DNA from: Paramoeba atlantica
Taxonomy: Eukaryota > Protista > Discosea
Length of the DNA stretch: 64,000 nt
Direction of reading: 5' to 3'
Assembly: GCA_977017575.1 (NCBI GenBank)
Contig: CDRNVI010000039.1
Coordinates: 372,001-436,000, forward strand
The notes beneath the pieces were generated by a model. That model was given only the letters and a program-made list of their open reading frames with translations, searched no databases and had not been told where the DNA came from. Made by a program: the position numbers and the translations under genes. This document shows, in pieces, positions 43,673-55,283 of the stretch (positions are counted from its first letter, which is position 1; each line of letters begins with the position of its first letter).

Positions 43673-44120
43673 TAAAAAATACTGTACCAATTAATGATGA
43701 TTAAAGCTAATTAGTCATTTTGGGTTATATCAAAAATCATTTTTTTTAGAAATCAGTTTACGCCCAAAAATATCTTCGTAGAGCGCCCTACCGGCCGAGT
43801 AAAAAATTTGACATTTTTTTAATTTGGTCCTTCGAGCTCGAAAAAAAAGTCGGACCAATATTTATGTGGACCAACTTTATTGGGGCCAATTTTTTCGTGC
43901 AATGAAACTAGAAAATATATTTTCCTATTAAAATTACTTGACGCTATTTTCATACTTATCATATTAATACACGCACAATGGTAGTCATTTGGTACTTTAA
44001 AATATTAAGAATGTTTGTTTCATTGATATTTTTGAATGTTGATTTACTTCTTCCTTCTTTCTTTCTTCCGTCCTTCTTTCTTCCTTCACTTACTCCTACA
44101 CGCACTAATAATCTAATTGG

Positions 44121-45002
44121 CTAATCTACCGAATCTATGCGGCGCCGTGAGAACCACTGATAATTGTTATGTGCAACTCTTTTTTTATGAAGTCGTCTTC
44201 GATGCATACGTTTTCTTTCTTCCGCTGAGTGATAAGAAACTCGCGTCTCCTTTGGAGGACGACCCATTTTTGTTACAAGAACATAATCCAGGGCTTCACC
44301 GCGATGATCTGTATCCACATTTTCATGTATTGTATCAGTCGGTGTGGCCAATGTGTTAATGGGTTCGTTCATATCACCATTTTCTGAGTCACCGACGATA
44401 ACAGTTGAGACTTTTTGAGCTTCCGAGAGTTCTTCTGCAGACAGCGTCTGAATCAAAGAGTCGTAAATAACCTCATAATTCGTATTGCCATAAACCGCGC
44501 GTAAAATACCTGTTACGCCAAACGATTTTAGTATAGTTGAAGGAGTTAATGAGGAAAGAGCGACAGAAAGCTGATGATATTTCAAGGTTCTTAGAACTGG
44601 GATTGATGTAGTTAATATGCGTGCCGTGCATTCTTCAATAGATGTCGTGGCATCAGCGTACACACCCTGTACCCATTTTCTCCATGTGCGGTCAAAATTT
44701 TTCTTCATATTCGCTATTATGTAATGGTCGCAAGGTTGAAAGACGTGCGTCATTTTAGCGGGAACGTACAGCGTACTACAGTTAAATGCTTGAAGTGAGA
44801 GAGTGCTTGTGTGCTGTGGTGCCTTGTCCAAGAGAAGCAGAGCAGGAGAATTCGGCTCTGATAACCCAGATCTTACGTCAGTGAGAACCTTCTCAAATTC
44901 ATTTACAACCTCTGCCTCTCCCTTCTTTATGGTGTCCGGGGTAGGGTGGATCCAGCAGGGTGAGAAAAGAGGGGCCCCCCCCTCTATCCTCGATTTGGGC
45001 AC
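44121..45002 (-). pseudogene. pogo/Tigger-like (DDE_1) transposase, C-terminal part
   Basis: LLLLDKAPQH...YVPAKMTHVFQPCDHYII..MK is the pogo DDE_1 pattern; the N-terminal HTH and first Asp region are absent. Confidence 0.7.
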
Positions 45003-45054
45003 AAATCACGGTGCCTAAAAACGTAGGTCCCGGTTGTAGGTCCCGGGGACTCGA

Positions 45055-45121
45055 ACCCAGGTAGTCCAGTTGTTAAGACCTGCCGTTCATAATCAGGTGG
45101 TCACAGGTTCGACTCCCGGCA
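45055..45121 (+). other. tRNA-Met(CAT)-like Pol III element with unpaired stems (pseudo-tRNA or SINE head)
   Basis: A-box TAGTCCAGTTGTT with GTC/GAC D-stem, TT-CAT-AA loop (45086-92), TGGTC variable loop and B-box GGTTCGACTCC at canonical spacing; the acceptor, anticodon and T stems do not pair. Confidence 0.45.
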
Positions 45122-45283
45122 GTTATATTTTCAGCCATACGCGACGCCGTTAGTGGGAAGCCATTTGCGAAGCCGGTTTACCAACAACCACCGCTTTTTT
45201 ACGAAGCAGCTACCACACCGACATTACCTGTAACTTTATTTTTTGTGAAGGGTAGGGGTGCCTGAAATGACAATTGTGATCAT

Positions 45284-48200
45284 TCAACTTTTGTTCAGGC
45301 TATTCAATGGGCCGAATACATGTGCTGTGCGAGGAATACGCAACTTGTGCTTAAAAAAATAGAAAGGAAAGTGAAAATTAATGGCAGCGATTGCAGCCAT
45401 TTTTTCAGCCACAACGCTGTCGAACGAATGAAAGCTTATTGACAAACATAACTTCTCATTATTGGTTTCGTTTCGAGCAAAGAGGAGGACTCGGTGACGA
45501 CTTGATTCTTTACTACTATCAGTCTTTTTTACCGTGTCTAAATCTAGTCCTAATTCATAGCGTACGATATATCGTAAAAGCTCGACATCATTGTCTTTCA
45601 CAGAACTTGGCGAATAACAATGGTTTTTTTCAAGATCTTGGAAACATTTCATTGCCGCCCTGTTTCGTTTTAGAAGGGCGCCGTATGAGTGCATCAGACT
45701 CATTGGCAAAGAACGACTCGAATGTGAAAACATTTTTGCACCATTCTCTCTACGTAGGGTTACACGGACAAAGCTTCCTTTCATACGACTGATTGATTCC
45801 TTTAGCGTATAACCGTATCCACTAGCGGTTGCCTCACGCATAAGCTGCAAAGTATTTACCCTGTCCGAGGATGGAATTTCCATAGACGGATAATTTGGCC
45901 AGTGAACGGAACAAGTAGAAGAAAACATGTAGAAAAACCTAGCCATGTGATTCTTTGCCATTCTAAGTGTTAAAGTACGCAGGGTTTGTCCAAGTGAATT
46001 TCCCCGCTCGTGACCCAAACCAAAGCATCCATCAGAGCCACATATATAAATATGCAATACAGAATCAGAGTGCCTACTAGATTTCACTTTTAAACCGATA
46101 TCACATCCGAAATGGTAAAGCATCATGTGTCTAAGAGCCCCTATGTTACAAAATTCTGATGAGATCTGCAGTCTCGTCCTTATTTCGTGCCTCATGTGTT
46201 CTGAGAGCTCACTATTGGGATCTGCTACCTTTTCGAAAAGTTGTATCAAGCAACTAATCGGACTTGGGCCCTTCGCATGAAGCAAACAATTGTTTGTCGT
46301 TGAATTAGTCAGCAAATCGCACTTTTTATCAGTGTGCGGTATCGCGGTAATTTGTGCTGTATATTCTCCACCTTCAGTATCTTGCGTAAGTTTAAATGAA
46401 ACAGATTGCTGCACAAATCGGGCAAAAATTTCTAATACAATCGAAAGTGTACAGGAAACTTTCGGCTTGGGCCAAATGTGTAAAATAGAGGAAGGATCAT
46501 ATGCGTTCTGAAATCTAATGAAATTTAACGGTATGCCACGTATATCAAAAAATGTTTCGCAACGTCGCTCAAACCATTGCATGAAACAAGACCGACAAAA
46601 ATCCATCAATGCATACGTGGTCGCTATTCGCCGTTTTTTCGCGTAGACTGGAGGAAGCTCGTGGCTATGATTATTTTGGCCAAACAACGTAATTTGAACG
46701 CACCACAGGCGAATACTTGTATCATATTTTCGTTTGACCCATAATTCCATTCCAAGTTCGTTTTTCACCACGTGTTTCATAAAATAAAGTTCACCCGCAT
46801 GAAAACGTGTTACGTTGCCCTTCAATAACGTTGCTTCTGCGGCGATGATGCGTTGCTGCATTGAAGAAAAATCTGGATGTTTCAAGAGTTGACGATATTG
46901 GCGCAATAGTGAGGCTAGCGCACCATGGTAGGAGCTCTGCGAAAGTTGGTCGTTCCCTTTACATAATTTGACATTCTTTTCTGATTCACAATAAAATTCA
47001 GTAATTGGTTCCCCTAAGCATGTGGCAAAAGAATCTCTTAATGTTTGCAACATACAGGATGAACTCGGCTTAGGCAGAAAGCTATGAGAATCGTAATTTG
47101 AAATAATAGAAGAGAACCAACCATCCTTGGTTAATTCAGGAAGAAGTTCTCGAATCAGAGCTGCATATACTTTGTTTACGCACTGTTCATGACTGAGTCC
47201 GTGCTCGCGGGCAAGACAATGCAGCGGATTTAACATAGTAGCTGTAAGTGCAGAAGTGGATTTTAGCGTAATGTAGCGATCCGTTGCCTTTGCAGCATTA
47301 TCAGGCACATGTTTTTCTGCATTCAGGACGGCGAAACCTTCATATCCAGGCCTATCCAGTGCGAAATTTACCACGATTTCGAAACGTATACCATAAATTC
47401 GCCAAATTAGACCTTCTACCAATACTTTAAAAGTTTTATCGCAACGCACTGGTGGCAAAATCCATGGTGTTAACAAAAAGTTGGTGCCCGAATTTGATGG
47501 GGATTTAACTGTGTTCATATAGGCCTTCGAGAGCAAAGTGAGTGTCAGTCGATGGGCGGAATGCTCGCTTTCAACTTCGTAATAAGTTTTGGCATCAATG
47601 TCCTTCAAAGTGACTTTACAACGTTGAGGGATATTTATGTTGGGAGTATTTTGAGCGTCCGTACTGCCGCTTGGAAGAGCGGAATCATATGACACAGAAA
47701 CTTCATGCTTTAGCTGGGATTTCAACTGACTAAGGATTGAAAATGATTGAGCTTCATAATCGCCTTTTAAGCACGAATCGTCGTTTCTCGATGCGCTAAT
47801 AGCGTTTAGTTCACTGTTATCTTCCTGTGTAGATAAAAATGTTTCCGATTTAAACTGAAGCTGTATTACCTCTGCGGCGCCGCGCATAAAAGTTTTACTT
47901 GAGTCTGTTCCTATCCACAGAGAAAGAGTGTTTCGGCCTTTCATAAAACTCCAAAAAGTGAGAGTGCAGAAAGCAATGCTAATTTGTGCTTCCTTGAAAA
48001 TGACACCACATTTTTCCAGCATTATTTTTGTGGTTTCAAAGTCAGAGCATATAAGTTTGTTGCATTTCTCTATCAATCCAGTTAGCCTTTCAACGGCAAA
48101 GACGTTTCCCATTTCTGAGTAAAGTAACTTCAAGAGCTGCAGACATGCAATAAATTTGTTTGAAGCACTTGTTTGCAGATGCGATTTCAAGTCACCGGAT

Positions 48201-49108
48201 TCTAAAATCTTACTTTTGTGCTCACTTTTCGAACACTTTACCAGGTATGAAGCAGTCCATTGATCACTGTTACTGAGCTTTTGAGTTTTGAGCACAACTG
48301 AGCATCCAACTTTTCTAGGCAGCACTCTAGCGAAATTCTTCGTTGAGACTCGCTTAGTAAAATTAAGAAGGCTGCACAAGATTCGGTCCCATTCTTGGCG
48401 AATGTCTGAATCAATCATTTCCAATGCTTTTACGTAGACATGGTATTTGCATAAAGTCAATTCAGACATTGTGTACTTCAATTCGCGCTTCTGCTGGGCG
48501 TGTAGAGTTAAAATTACCGTGAACGTATCACTTTCCTTGTTCTTTTGAATCTGCTCAGTAACAAAAGCCAACCGACTAACCAGAGATCGTAAGGACATTT
48601 GGAAGGTTCTCTTACGTAGAAGCAAATAGAGTATAACAGGTTTCCATATATTAACTAAAGCAAGCGATGAAACACTTTTTATCAAAGAAGCGTAATGTTC
48701 AGGAAATCGAAAACGTAACGCACCAAGATATGCAAGCTCGACAGATTCCCTGTGTGACAACCCTTTAGAAGGAATCACGGCACTAAGGAGGTTTGTGTCC
48801 TTTTTTGCGCCATCATATACTTTGTATGCGACTTTATTTCTCAACGAAGTAATTTCAAGGCTCAAATATATTTTCGTGTCATGCTGCGCAAAACAACTCT
48901 TCAGACATCGATAGGCCACTGAAAAAGTGTGTGGAGATGGAGCGTTCACAGAAGCGGTGGCCAAATTAATGGATGCTTCTTTTTTGCTGTCACAGGACTC
49001 TGTTGCTGATGGCAGCTTAGTATGTAGGGACGATACCCGATAAAGGAAGAGAGATCTCGCTGTCCGATACGATTTTGTGAAGCGAGCGCATCCAAGGGAG
49101 TGCAACAT
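45284..49108 (-). CDS. Hypothetical 1274-aa protein, probably mitochondrial, with repeated dsRBD-like helices
   Basis: Long ORF; presequence-like MLHSLGCARFTKSYRTARSL; recurring S/K..A...A...L...FP helices. The domain call is inference. Confidence 0.8.
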   Translation of the reverse strand: MLHSLGCARFTKSYRTARSLFLYRVSSLHTKLPSATESCDSKKEASINLATASVNAPSPHTFSVAYRCLKSCFAQHDTKIYLSLEITSLRNKVAYKVYDGAKKDTNLLSAVIPSKGLSHRESVELAYLGALRFRFPEHYASLIKSVSSLALVNIWKPVILYLLLRKRTFQMSLRSLVSRLAFVTEQIQKNKESDTFTVILTLHAQQKRELKYTMSELTLCKYHVYVKALEMIDSDIRQEWDRILCSLLNFTKRVSTKNFARVLPRKVGCSVVLKTQKLSNSDQWTASYLVKCSKSEHKSKILESGDLKSHLQTSASNKFIACLQLLKLLYSEMGNVFAVERLTGLIEKCNKLICSDFETTKIMLEKCGVIFKEAQISIAFCTLTFWSFMKGRNTLSLWIGTDSSKTFMRGAAEVIQLQFKSETFLSTQEDNSELNAISASRNDDSCLKGDYEAQSFSILSQLKSQLKHEVSVSYDSALPSGSTDAQNTPNINIPQRCKVTLKDIDAKTYYEVESEHSAHRLTLTLLSKAYMNTVKSPSNSGTNFLLTPWILPPVRCDKTFKVLVEGLIWRIYGIRFEIVVNFALDRPGYEGFAVLNAEKHVPDNAAKATDRYITLKSTSALTATMLNPLHCLAREHGLSHEQCVNKVYAALIRELLPELTKDGWFSSIISNYDSHSFLPKPSSSCMLQTLRDSFATCLGEPITEFYCESEKNVKLCKGNDQLSQSSYHGALASLLRQYRQLLKHPDFSSMQQRIIAAEATLLKGNVTRFHAGELYFMKHVVKNELGMELWVKRKYDTSIRLWCVQITLFGQNNHSHELPPVYAKKRRIATTYALMDFCRSCFMQWFERRCETFFDIRGIPLNFIRFQNAYDPSSILHIWPKPKVSCTLSIVLEIFARFVQQSVSFKLTQDTEGGEYTAQITAIPHTDKKCDLLTNSTTNNCLLHAKGPSPISCLIQLFEKVADPNSELSEHMRHEIRTRLQISSEFCNIGALRHMMLYHFGCDIGLKVKSSRHSDSVLHIYICGSDGCFGLGHERGNSLGQTLRTLTLRMAKNHMARFFYMFSSTCSVHWPNYPSMEIPSSDRVNTLQLMREATASGYGYTLKESISRMKGSFVRVTLRRENGAKMFSHSSRSLPMSLMHSYGALLKRNRAAMKCFQDLEKNHCYSPSSVKDNDVELLRYIVRYELGLDLDTVKKTDSSKESSRHRVLLFARNETNNEKLCLSISFHSFDSVVAEKMAAIAAINFHFPFYFFKHKLRIPRTAHVFGPLNSLNKS

Positions 49109-49999
49109 GAAGGATATGAGAATACAGTGTAGGCTTTAAAATTTAAAGTTTAAATTAAGACACGCTCTTGTATATGGTTGCATGCGAATCCTTACCGCAT
49201 TCGTAGAGTGTGTGCCTTTTTGCCAAAAAAAACACGAAGACATCCCTCCAATCCAAACCAAAAAGGTCGATGTAAATCGGCTAGACATCCATCCTTGTCA
49301 AGCATCTTAGTTATTTTTTATCAACAATGTTGGCGGTCTATAAAATAATGTTGGGACTAATCTAAGCCTTCATACAGCGGGGTAGTGTGGGTATGAGCGC
49401 CCACAATTTACTTCCATTACATTTGTTCAAAACTTTACATGTTAAAAATTTCAACTTGAAATCAATCTACTGCTTGCGTGCTGTGAAAAGCGTATTGTTC
49501 TCACATTTGATAGCAAATATTAGCGAATTATCGTACACCTCCCAATAATAGAATCGGTTTTGAGCCCAAACGACCGAATCTCTCTTACTGGGCGGATGCT
49601 TTTTTGTTGAGCGAATACCGCTTTTACTCATGAGTGCGTCGATTTTCAGTCCAGCCAATCCCGTAACTACGCTATTCACGCCCGCCCACCCACTCTCATC
49701 ACGCCCGCCAGTAATCTGCCCGCAAGGGCTATAGCAAAGCCAACTCAGGACCTGTACACCCTTGTTGTAAGACTACTGTTGTTTGTGTTGCATATCGAGG
49801 AGGAAAGGAAAAAAGTAGAGGACAAACACACAAGGAAATATGGTGGAATTGAACCAATTTTTTTTTTGCCACTTTTTTTCGAAACAAAAACATCTTCCTT
49901 TGGATTCTTGTAAAAATCATCAGTGAAGGTAGGATAATGTTTTTCTATGAGTTCCGATATTGATTACATTCTTTTTCATACCACTACGCTCTCTTTTTC

Positions 50000-50973
50000 A
50001 TGACTGAGCCCAGCGAAGACCTAATCTGCGGTGGCTGTGACGATATGGAGTGCGCTGCAGGACTACCATTAAGCGAAGTCGGGAAGTGGGATGCACTGCA
50101 GTGCATTCAGTGGCTGAAATTGCACAAGCTTGTTGCCCAACGTGTGAGCTGCGAACGAGGACATTCACGCACATGTGTCATGCGAAACGGGCATTGGGTA
50201 TGCCCCGTACACACATGCCGGGCGCGCTACTCCCTCGAGGCACCCCTCCTTTCTTCCAAATCTCAAATCTCTCCTGTACAGATAGTTCTTGCACTGATCT
50301 GTTACGCTCGTTCAATGAAGGGCAAAGGTATGGTTTGGCAAAATTTCTGAGCGCACAGCGTGTAAACTGCGCCAAAGCCTCGATGAAATTGTTTCTTGTG
50401 CTCACCAGCACCGACGACAAGTCGCGCAAGGACAACTTGACTATATGCAGGTCGATGAAACGTTTCTTTCGAAAGTAAAAATTGGTGGGCCTAACCGAAA
50501 TCGGTGAGTGCGTCAGTCGGGAACCACTGTAGCTCAAACACTGTGTGAGGACGACACGGGTTGGAAAACTGCAGAATATCTATGTAACACCAGTTCCTGA
50601 CAAGAAAAGTACTACCCTGCTCCCTTTAATTGAAGAAATGACGCGAGGGTCCCGCACGAGGATCTGGACAGATGGGGCACCACATAACACAGGTCTGGCT
50701 GGGAAGTACCGATGGGAGAGTGTTAAACACAAAGACGAGTGGGTGACCGACGAAGGGGTGCATACAAATACAGTTGAGGGAGCCAATTCAATGCTTAAGA
50801 GACGTTTGGTGAGCGAGGGGGGCAGCTTGGGGAGGTCAGATGACACTCGAGAGATGCGCTTAGGAGCCATAGGCCAAAAGTGCAATGGTTCCCTCCGAGT
50901 GCATGAAAAGACTCCTTTGATACAAATTCTACAGGATATTCAAGTGTATTGTAAGGATGTACTACTGTGCTAG
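50000..50973 (+). pseudogene. Merlin/ISXO2 (IS1595-like) transposase, frameshifted with stops
   Basis: N-terminal C..W...H.L...C..GH...W.C...C; degenerate first-Asp region EIGE near 50498; PVPDKKSTTLLPLI, IWTDG, VKHKDEWVTDEGVHTNTVEGANSMLKR. Confidence 0.85.
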
Positions 50974-51282
50974 TGATGACATACATGTTATATTGGTGAA
51001 AGGTCTCGCGTAATATCTGTTTTCGCAGGGTACAATGTGATATTAAAAATTCGGCAATATTGGTTCAATCTGACCGGAAATATCGCTGAAACTCCAGAAA
51101 ATTACAATTTTCAAAAACTTATTTTTCTGCCTAAAAAATGCAAGAAAATTGAAACACTGGAAACATATTCCTTGATGACACGTAACTCTGTGAGAGCTCT
51201 CGAATGCGGTGCTACTTTCCGAAATTGGCCAAGCTTTACGAATTTTGAACCCCCCCACCGCCATATTTTCGTGTAAAAAAAA

Positions 51283-52593
51283 TCACAAGTTGTATTTTCG
51301 CTTCAAGGCCTGAGCTTCTTTTTCTTGGCCAAGTTCCTCGAGTAGTCTGATGTGATGTCTTCTAACTACATGATTCACAAAATTGTTTCTTTCCTCTGTA
51401 CATAAATTCGGCACGTTTGCTACCCACTTTTCTAGGTGCGAAGCCGAAGTAGTGAATAATCCGGTGAGATATACATAGTTAAATTGATAATGATATGCAA
51501 GCCTGCGCAAGCACAATGATGTTAACAAGAGATGAGCATGCGGATCCGAATCAGTATGACGCAACCCTGATCCTGAGCACGTTGTATTCGAATTGCAAGG
51601 GGGCATCATACCTTTTGATAATTTAAGCGCGTGCTGGAGAATTTCAAGGGGACACTTTGGTACGGAGAGGCAAATGGTAATATATTCTCCAGAAGTGCAC
51701 TTTAAAGTGTTTTTTTCTGCAGAAGTATACAATCTATGGATCCAAGAATGTAGCAATCTCAAAATCATATTCTGCTCTGCCGATAGAGATTGCGGTTGCC
51801 AAATCATTCGTATTGAGTTATTAACATTTAGTTCTTCCAGTAAAACGCCACACACGTGCAACGGATTTATGTGTAGAAGGGCATCGGCTCCGTCTGTTCC
51901 CGATTTCGAGGCGTCATCGTTGTGTCCTTGTAACTTCAGCACTGTACTCTTGATATTCTGATGAGGATGATTGAGAGCTAAGTAGAACTCAAAGGGTTTC
52001 TCGACTTCGTTTTTATAATCAACAGGCTTTGAAGATATTTTTTTAATGCAGTCTTGCATGTAAGAAGAGAAAACGACGCCTGGTACCAAAAGAGCTATCG
52101 CAAGTAAAGGTTTTAGGAAGGGTGTCGCTTGAAAAAAATCAGCACTGTTTACCACGTCAAAAAGCTCCAAGCGTTCGAAAATTTCACAACACAATGATAT
52201 CCACCTCTCTGGTTGAACGTTGTGTAGCTGCCGATGCATCGCGGTAAGTAGGCGTCCCAGGCAAAGCGCCGTCACAGTAACGCCTTGACGGTTCAAGACT
52301 CCTTCCATAATTCTCAGCGAGGCCTCCAAGGAGATATCACACTGCACCCATTTACGGTGCATAAAAGCATCTTTTGCATTGGAAATCTCAGGAAGAATTT
52401 TATAACAAGCCGGGACGGCATTGTACCATGCGAATTTCGAGGGGTCCAACAAATGTTGAAGAGGAGTAAGAGGTGTGTAACTTGGGGGATCGCATGCCGG
52501 GTAATACACAGTTTCTCTCACGCTATCCTGTAGAATCGAACACCACTCTACGCTTTGACGTCGAAAGTGACTCACTGATATTCTTCGATACAT
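51283..52593 (-). CDS. Hypothetical 436-aa protein, probably mitochondrial
   Basis: Long ORF; presequence-like MYRRISVSHFRRQS; no recognisable family motif. Confidence 0.78.
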   Translation of the reverse strand: MYRRISVSHFRRQSVEWCSILQDSVRETVYYPACDPPSYTPLTPLQHLLDPSKFAWYNAVPACYKILPEISNAKDAFMHRKWVQCDISLEASLRIMEGVLNRQGVTVTALCLGRLLTAMHRQLHNVQPERWISLCCEIFERLELFDVVNSADFFQATPFLKPLLAIALLVPGVVFSSYMQDCIKKISSKPVDYKNEVEKPFEFYLALNHPHQNIKSTVLKLQGHNDDASKSGTDGADALLHINPLHVCGVLLEELNVNNSIRMIWQPQSLSAEQNMILRLLHSWIHRLYTSAEKNTLKCTSGEYITICLSVPKCPLEILQHALKLSKGMMPPCNSNTTCSGSGLRHTDSDPHAHLLLTSLCLRRLAYHYQFNYVYLTGLFTTSASHLEKWVANVPNLCTEERNNFVNHVVRRHHIRLLEELGQEKEAQALKRKYNL

Positions 52594-52685
52594 AGAGATC
52601 GTCCTGATAGAGCCCGAAAAATGAAAGTGCTATTCAGTACCCGAGGATATGTCCATGTATATGTAAGTATAGTCAGTGTAATAAT

Positions 52686-53475
52686 TAGTCTCTTCGTTAA
52701 ACGCGGTGGTTGTTTTCAACTTAGAAGTCACTCATGCTGTGCACTTCGCGTTGAAGACTACCACCGCGTTTAACGAAGAGACTAAAAAAGAAAAATGGCC
52801 AAAAGATCATGAATAATCTATTTCTTGGGTGAAAAAGCTGGATTTTTCGGCAAAAATTGCGAAATTTCAACCCGAATTTGGGCCGTTTTGGATGCCTCAC
52901 TAGTAGGGGCAGGAGGCGAATCTCTCGATAAAAACGTCGCAGAATGGTAGCTGAGGTCCAAAACTTTTAAAATACGTTTTAGGAGTCGATTTTGGAAAAA
53001 TGATATTTTTACTTTCTTTTTGGTCAAAAAAAAATTAATTCCGGTCACCCCAAAAATTTCGGAAATTTTGACCTTGTCGGACCCCTCCTGCGCGTACCAG
53101 GGGGGGTACCCCCAGGGGGGGGGGTGGAAAATTATCGCCGCGGCCTACTCTACCACTTCCCTGCGCTCGATTTTGAAAATCAAAAAATTCGAAAAAAAAT
53201 TTCGCGACGTATGCCCCCCCATCTGGACCCCCATTTTTTTGAATTTTTACTTTCAGTTTTGGACCACCGGGGCCCCCTTTTATAATTTTTGCTTCTGTTA
53301 TATTACTGTGTTCCTCTTTATATTTTCACTGTTTTTGTTCACTTTTTTTCAATAATCGAGGGTAGCGCGGTAGTTCGCGACGTATGCCCCCCCCCCTGGA
53401 CCCCCCATTTTTTTGATTTTGTTTTTCAGATTTGGACCACCGGAGCCCCCTTTTATAAATTTTTCTTCTATTATA
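52686..53475. mobile_element. Family B copy 3 (diverged body, partially duplicated right end)
   Basis: Long hairpin 52686-52784 nearly identical to 5594-5692. Right end breaks at GCGGTAGTT (53369) and is followed by a duplication of the internal CGCGACGTATGCCCC...TTCTTCTATTA segment. Confidence 0.7.
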
Positions 53476-53555
53476 AACCCCTCCGCACCAATAAGGCACC
53501 CCCCCCTTAACTTTTCAGTAAAAAGTTCATTTGAGCTGATTCTTATCGCATACCG
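53476..53555 (-). mobile_element. Solo right end of an A-family Tc1 element, reverse orientation
   Basis: TA|AACCCCTCCGCACCAATAAGGCACCCCCC then TAACTTTTCAG...TTTGAGCTGATTCTT, the reverse complement of A-family right-subterminal sequence (compare 59960-60029). Confidence 0.75.
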
Positions 53556-55283
53556 TTTTTCCTGTGAGAAACTGCCGCACCTACACTATTGGTATCTCCA
53601 TCGTCCGCTTTACCCTGGGTTGCATAGTAAAAACATGTTCCTTAGGACTCCTTACAGCTTCCCACGCGAGGAAGTCGTCGTCGCCGCGTCAAAAAGACAG
53701 AAGGCTCCGACTTCTGCTTTTTTCCTTGCGCCTCCTGCTTCCTATCCCGCACTTCCAGTTGAAGTTGAGTTATGTTTTTAGATGTATTTTGATACATTTT
53801 AGCATTTAGCACGACGCGCGGCACATCTTTAGATACCCAAAAAAACAGACACAGGTTCTAACAGTGAAAGTGATTTTCTTTTCTATTTCTTCACTAGTCT
53901 ACTTAACATACCTATAATTTGAAACATACCGGGGGGGGATGTTAAATGAGTATGTTAAACCGGGAGCGTATGTGGGCCGATGAGCAGGTACATCATTCGA
54001 AGGCTCCCTTTACCCAAGAACCGGGGCCGTTGCAAGTCGTATGAATTCTTTTCCAGTCTCAGCAACGGTACCCTTTCCACTGAAGGCAAACGAGGCAACG
54101 CTAGGATAGGGGGGGTAATGCTAGGTATAAAGAAGAAGTGCATAAGTTATATGGAACGTTTTTGGCCATTCTCATTTTTGGTGCTCAAATGGAGTTGCAC
54201 GTTGACATGGTCATTCAGAGACGCATTCTCATTTTTAAAATTGCATTCTCATTTTTCCTAGTTGCACGTTGACAGCCCAATTCTCATTTTTAGTGATTCT
54301 CAGAATTGTGACTTTTACTGTATAAATACAAACTGACGTCGGGCCCTGATATACTGTATGTATCAGGTTCGTAGGGAAAAAATTGAGCCCCCCCCCAAAA
54401 AAAAACCGGCGCCGCTTCGCGGCGCCCCCTTGCCAGTCTCCCCAAAAAGGACAGTTAAGTGGGGGGGGGGACTACGACAATTAAGTGGGGGGGCTCAGTA
54501 TGTATTATATTTTCGGTGCACAAAATTATAAATCACAAGTAATTATAAGAGGGGGGGGGGAGCACGCGTCTGTGGTGATCGGCAGAATATGGCAGAAATG
54601 GGCAATAATCCGCTGTTAACGAGGATTGCGGTGGAGAAAAAAGTCCCATGTGGGAAAAAATTCCCGCCGCTTCGCGGCGCCAATCCTCAGTTGCTTGTGC
54701 ATGACATCTAACATACACTTTTTGTATACTTTGTGCTAAAAAAACTATTGTTTGCTAATTTTGTAAAAACTTGGCCGATGGGACGCCAGGATAGCCCGAA
54801 CCCCCGTGATCCTATTGAACTGATGAGTCCCACTCTCAAAGATTTCTCTTAAGGATGATGGGGCTGGCGCGATTGAGGCGAAATGGCCCGACGAACCTGG
54901 TATGGCTTATGACTTCCCGTTCCCTGACATCAATTACTACTCGTTGGAAATCATTAGTGCTCGAGCCGTTATGCCCGGGGCCAGAAGACTGATGATGGAC
55001 AGCCGGATTACAGTGTTGGCTATTGAGTATAGTGTCGGCCATTGAGACAACAGTCGAACGATTACGATATGAACGCAAACAAGAGTGTACTAACACGATG
55101 AACAGGTTTCGCAAACGTTGCCGCATTGTTATTGTGCGAAACACATCCTCTTGTTGGGAATACGGGTAATTTTTGACCCATTGTCACAGGTTTTGAATTC
55201 GCAAATCATATTTTTGACCCGGCCATTTAAGTGGGGTACCCCCCACCCCCTCGGAAGCTGCCTATCCTAAAACATACAACCAT

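Noticed and set aside
45221-45246. U1 snRNA-like ACATTACCTG followed by an Sm-like ATTTTTTG
   Set aside because: Only about 8 nt separate the motifs, too little for U1 stem-loops, and the 5' motif is imperfect; probably chance.
49900-51040. TIRs and TSD for the 50-kb Merlin relic
   Set aside because: I could not find matching inverted ends, so only the pseudogene is reported.
54836-55144. 102-aa minus-strand ORF
   Set aside because: GTG start, no motifs, inside a TE island; cannot be supported.
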